A stretch of DNA of 64,000 bases from Candidatus Dadabacteria bacterium (GTDB taxonomy: Bacteria > Desulfobacterota_D > UBA1144 > Nemesobacterales > CSP1-2): positions 992,001 to 1,056,000 of the forward strand of contig CAWDVW010000005.1 of the NCBI GenBank assembly GCA_963805855.1, read 5' to 3'. Every line of letters starts with the position of its first letter. Position 1 is the stretch's first letter. The notes beneath the pieces are model-generated. The model saw only the letters and a program-made list of their open reading frames with translations. It did no database searches and was not told the origin of the DNA. Shown here piece after piece: positions 52,280 to 61,122 of the stretch. Made by a program: the position numbers and the translations under genes.

Positions 52280-52765
52280 TCACCGCAGCTCCCGCACGCG
52301 CCCCTTCGCCGCGCGCCCGTAGGCCCGTGCGATCTCCCGGTCCGAGTCGCGCTTGGCCAGGTCCTGGCGCTTGTCGTAGGCGCGCTTGCCGCGGGCGAGC
52401 GCGAGTTCGAGCTTGACCTTGCCGTCGCGGAAGTACAGCGACAGCGGCACCAGCGTCAGCCCGCCCTCGCGGGTCTTGCCGATCAGCCGCTCGATCTCGT
52501 CGCGGTGCAGCAGCAGCTTGCGGTTGCGCCGCGGCTCGTGGTTCGTCCAGCTGCCGTGCGTGTACTCGGGGATGTGCAGGCCGCGCAGCCAGACCTCGCC
52601 GTCGTCGATCGTGGCGAAGGAGTCGACGAGCGACGCCCGCCCCAGCCGCAGGCTCTTGACCTCGGTGCCGACCAGCGCGACCCCGGCCTCGTAGGTGTCG
52701 AGGATGGTGTAGTCGTGGCGCGCCTTGCGGTTCTGCGCGATGGTCTTGCGGCCCTGCTCCTTCAC
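52280..52765 (-). CDS. smpB: SsrA-binding protein
   Basis: [31 protein letters not shown]. Confidence 0.97.
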   Translation of the reverse strand: MKEQGRKTIAQNRKARHDYTILDTYEAGVALVGTEVKSLRLGRASLVDSFATIDDGEVWLRGLHIPEYTHGSWTNHEPRRNRKLLLHRDEIERLIGKTREGGLTLVPLSLYFRDGKVKLELALARGKRAYDKRQDLAKRDSDREIARAYGRAAKGRVRELR

Positions 52766-52828
52766 CTGTCCAGTTTACGCCGATGACCAACGTGGACGGC
52801 CGTCGCCAACGTTCTACCCTTGGAACCA

Positions 52829-52841
52829 GTAGATGTTCTAC
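52829..52841 (+). promoter_or_regulatory. putative vapBC autoregulatory operator
   Basis: GTAGA-TGT-TCTAC palindrome just before RBS AGGAGG; extra TTCTAC half-site upstream. Confidence 0.45.
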
Positions 52842-52860
52842 CAGGAGGCCTCTGGCCGGG

Positions 52861-53115
52861 ATGAACATCAAGAACCCTGAGGCGCAGGCGCTGGCCAAGG
52901 AGTTGGCGGATCTGACCGGCGAGACCATGACTGAAGCGGTGATCGTCGCCCTGCGTGAGCGGCTGGCCGAGGTTCGTTCCCGGGAGGAGCACGTCCGAGC
53001 TCGAACCGAGGCAATCATGGCGATCGGGCGTGAGGTCGCCTCGCGCATACCTCCCGAGCTTCGCGACAAAGACGTCGATGCCTAGCTGTACGACGAGCGC
53101 GGGCTGCCCCATTGA
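52861..53115 (+). CDS. vapB: VapB antitoxin (Rv0623-like); internal TAG at 53083 probably an error
   Basis: [36 protein letters not shown] follows the TAG in frame. Confidence 0.8.
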
Positions 53116-53506
53116 TCGTCGATCCTCAGCCCTCGTCGCGATCGTGTTCCAGGAGTCCGACGCCGAGCGCTACGCCGAGGCTCTGGCGGATGCCCGACCC
53201 CGTCCCTGCTTCCCGCACCGGGGTACGTCGAGGCCGCGATCGTCATCGACGGGCTCCGCGATCCGGTGGTCGGGTACCAGCTCGATGCTCTCGATCAAGG
53301 CGTCCCGCATCCGAATCGAGCCGTTCACCGAAGAGCAAGCACGAATTGCGCGGCAGGCATACCGGGACTTCGGACGCGGCAGCGGACACCCGGCAAAGCT
53401 GAACTTCGGCGACTGCATCTCCTTCGCGATGGCCAAGGCACTCGGCGAGCCGCTGCTCTACAAGGGGAACGACTTCGGCCACACCGGCATCCGCTCGGCG
53501 CTGTAG
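53112..53506 (+). CDS. vapC: VapC PIN toxin (frameshifted)
   Basis: MIVD, SALVAI, FGRGSGHPAKLNFGDC, LLYKGNDF. Confidence 0.85.
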
Positions 53507-54409
53507 CTACAGCCGCACGTACAGCCGCAACGTCACGTAGCCCGTCACCGCCGCCACCCCCGCGCCGATCATCAGCAGGATCGGCGAGACCCACAGGACG
53601 TCGCCGACCTCGATCGGCGGGATCACGCCGTTGCTGACGATCCCGGAGAGCAGGTCGTCGATGAACAGGAACTTGCCCACCAGGATCCCCAGCGACGCGA
53701 TCACCGCGCCCACCACCCCGGTGACCACGGCCTCGATGAGGAACGGGAACTGCGTGTACCAGCGCGTCGCGCCGACCAGCCGCATCACGCCGACCTCCAC
53801 CCGCCGGGTGAACGCGGAGACCTGCACGGTGTTGCTGATCAGCAGCAACGCGGCGATGGCCTGCACGACCGCGACGGCGAAGGTCAGGTTGCGCACGCCG
53901 GAGAGGAAGTCGAAGAGCTTGGCGACGACGTCACGCTGGTCGATGATGTTGCGCACGCCGACCTGGCCGATCATCGCCTCGCGCACGGCCTGCGCTCCGG
54001 CCTCGGGGTCGTTCAGCTTGACGCGCAGCGTCGCGGGCAGCGACTGCGGGCGCACCACCTCGGCCAGCGACTGGCCCTTGAACAGCTGCAGGTAGCGCTC
54101 GTAGGCCTGCTGCTGGCTCTCGAAGCGCACCGAGGCCACCAGCGGGGAGTTCTGCAACGTCGCCTTGAGCCCGGAGCAGACGGCCTGGCTGCAGTCGGCG
54201 TCGGCGGACGAGATGTCCGCGGTGAGCGCGACCTGCACCTCGACGCGGTCGCTGTAGAGCTGCTCGGTGCGGTCGATCGTCCGGACGGCGAGCAGCCCGG
54301 TGCCGACCAGGGCCAGCGAGATCGCCGTGGTCAGGACCATGGCGACGGTCATCGTGACGTTGCGCCGCAGGCCGGTGACGACCTCGCGGACGACGAAGTC
54401 GGTACGTCG
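53507..54409 (-). CDS. ftsX: cell division permease FtsX (start codon garbled)
   Basis: [43 protein letters not shown]. Confidence 0.92.
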   Translation of the reverse strand, partial: RRTDFVVREVVTGLRRNVTMTVAMVLTTAISLALVGTGLLAVRTIDRTEQLYSDRVEVQVALTADISSADADCSQAVCSGLKATLQNSPLVASVRFESQQQAYERYLQLFKGQSLAEVVRPQSLPATLRVKLNDPEAGAQAVREAMIGQVGVRNIIDQRDVVAKLFDFLSGVRNLTFAVAVVQAIAALLLISNTVQVSAFTRRVEVGVMRLVGATRWYTQFPFLIEAVVTGVVGAVIASLGILVGKFLFIDDLLSGIVSNGVIPPIEVGDVLWVSPILLMIGAGVAAVTGYVTLRLYVRL

Positions 54410-54415
54410 AGATCG

Positions 54416-55106
54416 TCAGCGGCCCGACCCCGTAGACGCCCCGCACGTCGTCGCGGACCAGCTTGCCCATGCTCAGCTCCACCACGCGCCGGCGCATCGA
54501 GTCGACGATCGAGTGGTCGTGGGTGGCCATGAGGACCGTCGTACCGGTGCGGTTGATCCGCTCCAGCAGCAGCATGATGTCCTGGCTGGTGTCCGGGTCC
54601 AGGTTGCCGGTCGGCTCGTCGGCCAGCAGCACCATCGGCCGGTTCGCGAACGCCCGGGCGATCGCGACGCGCTGCTGCTCGCCGCCGGAGAGCTCGTGCG
54701 GCATCCGCTCGGCCTTGCCCTCGAGGCCGACCAGCTCCAGCACCTCGGGGACGATCTTGCGGACGGTCTGCGGCGGCTTGCCGATCACCTCGAGGGCGAA
54801 GGCGACGTTGCCGCCGACGGTCTTGTTCGGCAGCAGCCGGAAGTCCTGGAACACGCAGCCGATCCGCTGGCGCAGCCGGGGGACGCGGCGGCGCGGCAGC
54901 TTCGCGACGTCGAGGTCCGCGACCGTGATCGTGCCCCGGGTCGGGACGTCCTCGCGCAGCAGGAGCCGCAGGAACGTCGACTTGCCGGAGCCCGACGGCC
55001 CGATGAGGAAGACGAACTCCCCTCGCTCGATGTCGACCGAGACGCGGTCGAGCGCCGGGCGCGTCGAGGTCTTGTACATCTTGGTGACGCGTTCCAGGCG
55101 GATCAC
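54416..55106 (-). CDS. ftsE: cell division ATPase FtsE
   Basis: [45 protein letters not shown]. Confidence 0.95.
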
Positions 55107-55143
55107 GACCGCGCAGCGTAGTAAGTGCCCGCCGCGGGCCGGC

Positions 55144-56257
55144 CTACCGGGCGGCCGTCTCCTGGCTCCGGCGCCAGCGGATGCCGGCCTCGATGAAGCC
55201 GTCGATGTCGCCGTCGAGCACGGCGCTCGGGTTGCCGACCTCGTGCTCGGTGCGCAGGTCCTTGACCATCTGGTACGGGTGCAGGACGTAGGAGCGCATC
55301 TGGTTGCCCCACGACGAGCCGGTCGTCCTTGAGCGCGTCCATCCTGGCCTGCTCCTCCTGGCGGCGGCGCTCGAGCAGCTTGGCCTGCAGCACCATCATC
55401 GCCGAGGCCTTGTTCTGCAGCTGGCTGCGCTCGTTCTGGCAGGAGACGACGATGCCGGTCGGGCAGGTGGGTCAGGCGCACGGCGGAGTCGGTGGTGTTC
55501 ACGCCCTGGCCGCCGGGGCCCGAGGAGCGGTAGACGTCGACGCGGAGGTCCTTCTCGTCGATGTCGACGTGGTCGGTCTGTCTCGACGACCGGCGCGACC
55601 TCGACGCCGGCGAACGACGTCTGGCGGCGGCCCTGGTTGTCGAACGGCGAGATGCGCACCAGCCGGTGCGTGCCCTGCTCGACCGACAGCGTCCCGTAGG
55701 CGAACGGGGCGTGGACCTGGAACGTCGCCGACTTGATCCCCGCCTCCTCCGCGTAGGAGGTGTCGTAGACCTCGATGGCGTAGCCGTGGCGCTCGGCCCA
55801 GCGCAGGTACATGCGCATGAGCATCTCGGCGAAGTCGGCGGCGTCCACCCCGCCGGCCTCCGAGCGGATCGTGACGAGCGCCTCGCGGGCGTCGTACTCG
55901 CCCGAGAGCAGCGTGCGGACCTCCAGCTCTGGATGTCGTCGCGCAGCTTGACGGCGCTCGACGTCGGCCTCGGCGAGCGACCCGGCGTCGTCCTCCTCCT
56001 CGGCCAGCTCGTAGAGCACCGGGCAGGTCGTCGAGGCGGCGGCGCAGCTCCTCGACGCGCCGCAGGTCGCCCTGGGCGTGCGACAGCCGGCTGGTGACCT
56101 TCTGCGCGGCCTCGGGGTCGTTCCACAGGTCCGGGCGGCCCGCCTGCTCCGACAGGTCCGCGATCTCGGCGCGCAGCGCGGGCAGGTCCGTGACCGCCTC
56201 GATGCTCTCCAGCGTGGTGGAGAGGTCTTTCAACTCGGCCGCGACGTCGGGGTTCAC
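55144..56257 (-). CDS. prfB: peptide chain release factor 2 (multiple frameshifts, probably read errors)
   Basis: [51 protein letters not shown] in different frames. Confidence 0.93.
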
Positions 56258-56281
56258 AACGGTTCAGGGTACGCGCGGAGG

Positions 56282-56800
56282 TCAGTCGAGCGGGATCGCG
56301 TCCAGCAGCTTGACCATGGCCCGGTTGTGGGCGACGGCGAAGTCCGCGACGGCCCGCCGGTACGGGTCGTCCTCGCCGCGGGCGGCGGCCCGCGCCGACG
56401 CCAGCCGGGCGCCGAACGTGTCGCGGTTGCAGCGGACGAGCTCCTTGCGCTCGTCAGCGGGGATCGCGCCGGCGTGCAGCAGCCGCAGGACGAGCGGGCT
56501 CCGCAGGGACTCCGAGCCCCCGCCCGACGCCAGCCAGGCCGCGAACGCGCGCCGGCCCGCCGCCGTGATCACGTACTGCTGCGACGCCCGCGGCCCCTGC
56601 TCGCCCAGCTTGAGCAGGCCCGCCTCGGTCAGAGCGGGAAGCTCGCGGTACACCTGGCTGCGGGTGACGGAGAAGAAGGAGCCGAACCGGCCGTCCGCAG
56701 CGGAGACCAGCCGGCCGCCGGACATCGGGCCGTCGTGCAGGAGACCGAGCAGGGCGGCGGCGGTCGCGTTGATTACTGGCGCTCTCCCCCGGGGCGTCAT
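56282..56800 (-). CDS. PadR family transcriptional regulator
   Basis: [23 protein letters not shown]. Confidence 0.85.
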   Translation of the reverse strand: MTPRGRAPVINATAAALLGLLHDGPMSGGRLVSAADGRFGSFFSVTRSQVYRELPALTEAGLLKLGEQGPRASQQYVITAAGRRAFAAWLASGGGSESLRSPLVLRLLHAGAIPADERKELVRCNRDTFGARLASARAAARGEDDPYRRAVADFAVAHNRAMVKLLDAIPLD

Positions 56801-56852
56801 TCCATAACGGTGACACGGGACCGCGCGGTTCGCCCGGTGACGCCCGTCGGGT

Positions 56853-57637
56853 TCACCGGCCGGTGAGGCGCGCCCGCAAACGCTCCAGCGAGGCGTCGTC
56901 GAGCCCGTTCGCCCGCAGCCAGCCCACCGCGCCGTCGGAGCCGTCGCGGCCGTGCTCGTCGTCCAACCGGGACAGCACCGTCGCGATCACCTCGGCCCGG
57001 GGCAGGTGCGGGGTGAGGTCCTCGGGCATGTCCCGGCCCAGCGCCGTCGTCCACCGCCGGAACATCGCCTCCACGTGCCGCGCGGACAGCGCGTAGTCGG
57101 CGATCACCGCCTCGCGCTCGACCCCGACCGCGTCGAGCACGAGGGCGAGCAGCACGCCGGTCCGGTCCTTGCCCGCGGCGCAGTGCACGAGCGTCGGGCC
57201 GGCGTCGGAGCTGGCCGAGCAGGCGCACGGCCTGCACGACGTTCTCCGTCCGGTCGACGAGGTAGCCGAGGTAGGCGCGCAGCAGCGGGTCGGTGTCGTC
57301 ACCCGGTCTCGGGCAGCGCGGTGCCGTCCTCGGGGATGAAGCTCAGCGGAACGGTCTCGACGCCGCGCGCCGCCACCGCCGTCGGGCCGTCGCGGTCGAT
57401 CTCCCGGGCGGTCCGCAGGTCGATCACGAGGCGCAGGCCGACCACGTCGACGAGGTGCGCCACGTCGTCGTCGGTGAGGTAGCGCAGGTTCGCGCTGCGC
57501 AGCAGCTCGCCGAACCGGGTGCGGCCCCCGTCGCGCAGGGGCAGACCACCGGCGTCGCGGACGTTGTCCAGCCCCTCGAGCTGCACCCAGCGGTCCGACT
57601 CGGTGTCCTTCACGGTCTCCTGCACGGCGTCGCCCAC
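56853..57637 (-). CDS. protein-tyrosine phosphatase (PtpB/IphP-like), frameshifted
   Basis: NVRDAGG, LRSA, IDLRT, VHCAAGKDRTG, DYALS. Confidence 0.87.
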
Positions 57638-57887
57638 GACACGACACTAACCACTCCGCCTGGGGTCCGACCTCGATCGCGGAGACGGGACCTGTCGCAC
57701 AGCGTGACGATTCGGCGCCGGTCCCGCCGACCAGCGCGAACGCCACCGGTCGCGCGCGACGACCGTTCGGCGCTGCTCACGCGGCTCGACCACGGCCCGG
57801 TTCGATCCGACGAGCGGTGAACACGTTGCGCCGAACGACGTAACGTCTCCTTGTTCCGGCCCCGCCACTTCCCTACAGTTCTGTACC

Positions 57888-57981
57888 GAGCGTCACGACC
57901 CGACCACGTACACAGCGGAGCCGGACTCCCCACCGGCTCCCCGGGCCCTCCCCACCCGGTGTGCCCGTGGCCGGGTCGCTC
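57888..57981 (+). ncRNA. candidate structured 5' leader RNA (three-way junction, two CUCCCCA loops)
   Basis: GGAGCCGG-ACTCCCCA-CCGGCTCC and CCGGG-CCCTCCCCA-CCCGG enclosed by CGACCCGACCACG/CGTGGCCGGGTCG. Confidence 0.55.
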
Positions 57982-58003
57982 CCCGCGCTGGAAGGACAGG
58001 TCC

Positions 58004-58793
58004 GTGGCTGGTCACCGCTCCCCGAGTGGTCGCCGCGCGCAGCCGCGCCGTCGTGGTCCGCGATCGCGCCGCGCACCGGGCCCCGTCGGACGGCCAGCGC
58101 CGCGTGCAGGTCGTCGCCGCGGCCGCCACGCTCGGTGCGGTCGCCGCCGGCACGGCCACGACCTTCCTGTCCGGCGCCACGGCCGCCGCGGACCCGACCC
58201 CGGCCGTCGCCGACATGGCAGCCGCGACGCCGAACCCGATGCTCGCGGCGAGCGCCGGCGTGCTGCAGCCCGCGGAGCGGATCCGGGCGCTGACCGCACC
58301 GTCGCCGATGCTGCCCGTCGCGTACCGCTTCGACGGCGACGACGCCACCGAGCAGCGGGTGGCGTCGGTGCAGAAGGCGAGCCGGCTCGCCGAGCAGCTC
58401 GCTGCCGTGCACGCCGAGCAGGCCCGGATCCAGGGCGTGATCCGGGCGGGCGGGCTGGACGGCTGGATCGCCGAGGCGCTGCAGGTGATGGGGCTTCCGC
58501 AGCGGCTCGCCCCGGGCGTCAAGAAGATCATCCTGGCGGAGTCGGGCGGTAACCCGCACGCGATCAACACCTGGGACAGCAACGCCGTGCGGGGCACTCC
58601 GTCGCGCGGGCTCATGCAGACGATCCCGTCGACGTTCCGCACGTACGTGCACCCCGAGCTGGCCGACCGCCCCATCACGGACCCGGTGGCCAACATCACC
58701 GCGGGCGTCCGCTACATGATCGACCGCTACGGGATGGAGACGGTCGCGGCGGGCGGCCGCAGCGACGGCCTCGGCAGCTACGTCGGCTATTAG
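58004..58793 (+). CDS. SLT-domain lytic transglycosylase (frameshift near the 5' end)
   Basis: RBS GAAGGA + GTG (MAGHRSP); ESGGNPHAINTWDSNA, GLMQTIPSTF, DPVANI, RY. Confidence 0.88.
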
Positions 58794-60074
58794 TTAGGCC
58801 ACGACCGGCGGGGTCACCGGGGCGCCCGGCGGGGGCGGGTCGGGCTCGCGCGGGTCGGGTGCCCGCGGATCCGGCGCCACGTCGTCGTCGGCGGCGGTCG
58901 CCCGCAGCTGCGCGAAGGTCGCCCACGCCACGGCCACCATCGGCACCGCCACCACGGCCCCGATGATCCCGGCCAGCACGGTGCCGGACGCGACGGACAC
59001 CGCGACGACCACCGGGTGCAGCTTCACCGCCCGGCTCATGATCACCGGGTGCAGCACGTGGCCCTCGATCTGCCCGATCACCACGATCAGCACGAGCACG
59101 GCCAGCGCCGTCAGCGGGCCGCGGCCGGCCAGGGCCACGAGCGTCGCGATCCACAGCGCGATCGGGGCACCGATCAGCGGGATGAACGCGCCAAGCAGGA
59201 CGAGCAGGGTCAGCGGCAGCGCCAGGGGAACCTTGAGCAGGAACAGCGCGATCCCCACCAGGGTCGCGTTCGACACCGCGACGATCACGACGCCCCGGGT
59301 GTAGCCGGCGAAGGCCGTCCACCCGGCCCGGCCGGCGGCGTCCCAGCGGGTGCGCCGCACCGGGAGCTGGCCCAGCACCCAGCCCCACAGCCGCTCACCG
59401 GAGTGCAGGAAGAACAGCGAGCAGAACACCGCGAGCGCGAGGCCGGCGAACAGCTCCGCGACGACGCTCGCCTCCCCGGCGGCCTGCGCCGCGAGCTCGC
59501 CACGGTTCGCCGCCAGCCACGCGAACGCCTGGTCGGTCAGCCGCCGGAGCTCACCCGCCGGCAGCCCCAGCGGCGGCCCCGACAGCAACCTCTCGATCTC
59601 GCGGATGCCGGTGGCGAACTGCCCGATCAGCCGGCCGAACTGCCCGACCGCGGACGTCGCGACGAAGGTGACGACCGCCCCGACCACGATGATCGCCTGG
59701 ATGACGGCGATCGCCACCGCCGCCACGCGGGGCATCCACCGGGCGAGCTGGTCGGTCAGCGGGCGGAGCAGGGCGGTGATCAGCAGGCCGACGAACACCG
59801 AGATCGCGACGAAGTGCAGCCGCCCCAGCGCCACGAACACCAGGTAGACCGCCACGGCGACGGCGACGGACCGCCAGGCGTACCCGGCCGCGACGCGCAG
59901 CCCGTAGCGCACCGCCTCGTCCGGGTCGGGCCTGCGGGCGGCGGGTCGCGCTGCACCGTTCGCGATCGGCCTCCCCGACGGCGGCTGCGGTCCGGGCCGC
60001 GGCACACCGGGCCTGCGCACGCGCAGACGCGTCGGTGGCCGCCTTCGGCCCGGACCGGGTCGAAGACCCGTCAT
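58794..60074 (-). CDS. AI-2E family transporter
   Basis: multi-TM; AFIPLIGA, QIEGHVLHP, LHPVVV, GIIGAVVAVP. Confidence 0.88.
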   Translation of the reverse strand: MTGLRPGPGRRRPPTRLRVRRPGVPRPGPQPPSGRPIANGAARPAARRPDPDEAVRYGLRVAAGYAWRSVAVAVAVYLVFVALGRLHFVAISVFVGLLITALLRPLTDQLARWMPRVAAVAIAVIQAIIVVGAVVTFVATSAVGQFGRLIGQFATGIREIERLLSGPPLGLPAGELRRLTDQAFAWLAANRGELAAQAAGEASVVAELFAGLALAVFCSLFFLHSGERLWGWVLGQLPVRRTRWDAAGRAGWTAFAGYTRGVVIVAVSNATLVGIALFLLKVPLALPLTLLVLLGAFIPLIGAPIALWIATLVALAGRGPLTALAVLVLIVVIGQIEGHVLHPVIMSRAVKLHPVVVAVSVASGTVLAGIIGAVVAVPMVAVAWATFAQLRATAADDDVAPDPRAPDPREPDPPPPGAPVTPPVVA

Positions 60075-60225
60075 CGCCCGCGTTTCCTCACGGCATCCCC
60101 CTGCTCGCATGGGTGTCGCCCGCTGCGAGGCAGTGTCGCACCCATCCCCTTCCTCGGCCTGCGTCGTCGGGCCCATACAGCGATCCGTGACGGGACCGCG
60201 GACGACCTGGCGAGCGCGCGCCTGA

Positions 60226-61089
60226 TCACCATCCGTAGCCGTCGAGCACGGCCTCGATCCGGGGGACGTAGCGCTCGCCGAAGTGGCGCAGGTTCACCAG
60301 CAGCTTGTGCAGCTGCAGGGCAGGGCGGCGCTGTGGGTAGCCCGCGTCCGGCGGCCACTCCTGCCGGTAGGCCTCGTGGAACTCCGCGGGCAGGTCGGCC
60401 ATGTCCATGAACGCCAGCTCCAGCTCGCGGTCGACGTAGGCCACCGCCGGGTCGACGAGCCAGCGCCCGCCGACGACGTTGCCGGTCCACAGGTCACCGT
60501 GGGTCAGCGACGCGGGCGGGTGCTCGGGCAGCAGCGCCGGCAGCGGCCCGGCGCAGGCGTGCTCCAGGCGACGGCGCAGCGCGTCGGGGACGGCCGGGTC
60601 GGCCAGGTGCACCCGCACCCGGTTCGCGACGTAGAAGTCGTTCCACCTGTCGTGCCATCCGTTGTGCTGGGTGATGCGGCCGCCGGAGTTGTCACGGTGC
60701 CAGCCGAACCGCGGGCCGGTGGTGCGGTGCAGGCGGGCGACGGCCCGGCCCAGGCCGGCCCAGTCCGGCGACCCCGCCACGCGCTCGAGGACCAGCAGGT
60801 CGCCCGCGGCGGCCAGCACCGACGGGACCGGCGCCCCGGCCCCGGCCAGGGCCGCGAGCCCGTCGGCCTCGACCTCCGCCGGGTACGGGCAGCGCTTGAC
60901 CACCACCGGGCGGCCGTCGGCGAGCGTCCCGCCGAGCACGGTGCAGACGAGGCCGCCGGGCAGCGGCTCAGCGCCGGCGAGCGGCGGCAGGTGCGCGGGC
61001 CAGCCGGGGACGTCCACGCGCGCAGCCTGCCCGAGAATGGCGGGGTGCGCGTCGCGGACCGGTTGCACCGGCCGGGCGGCGCCGGACAT
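60226..61089 (-). CDS. fructosamine kinase family protein
   Basis: EADGLAAL, FGW, LTHGDLWTGN, VDPA, RELELA. Confidence 0.88.
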   Translation of the reverse strand: MSGAARPVQPVRDAHPAILGQAARVDVPGWPAHLPPLAGAEPLPGGLVCTVLGGTLADGRPVVVKRCPYPAEVEADGLAALAGAGAPVPSVLAAAGDLLVLERVAGSPDWAGLGRAVARLHRTTGPRFGWHRDNSGGRITQHNGWHDRWNDFYVANRVRVHLADPAVPDALRRRLEHACAGPLPALLPEHPPASLTHGDLWTGNVVGGRWLVDPAVAYVDRELELAFMDMADLPAEFHEAYRQEWPPDAGYPQRRPALQLHKLLVNLRHFGERYVPRIEAVLDGYGW

Positions 61090-61122
61090 GCTGGCACCGG
61101 CGCGGACCCGGGAGGTAAGGGC

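Noticed and set aside
53083-53085. Stop-codon readthrough or recoding in vapB
   Set aside because: A single TAG in an error-rich segment with no supporting recoding signal
55144-56257. Programmed +1 frameshift in prfB
   Set aside because: No CTT-TGA-C slippery site near the 5' end; there are several scattered shifts, as in neighbouring genes
57850-58000. c-di-AMP (ydaO) riboswitch before the transglycosylase
   Set aside because: The conserved GCUGAA, GGGGUGAAU and GUCAGCUAAC segments are not visible
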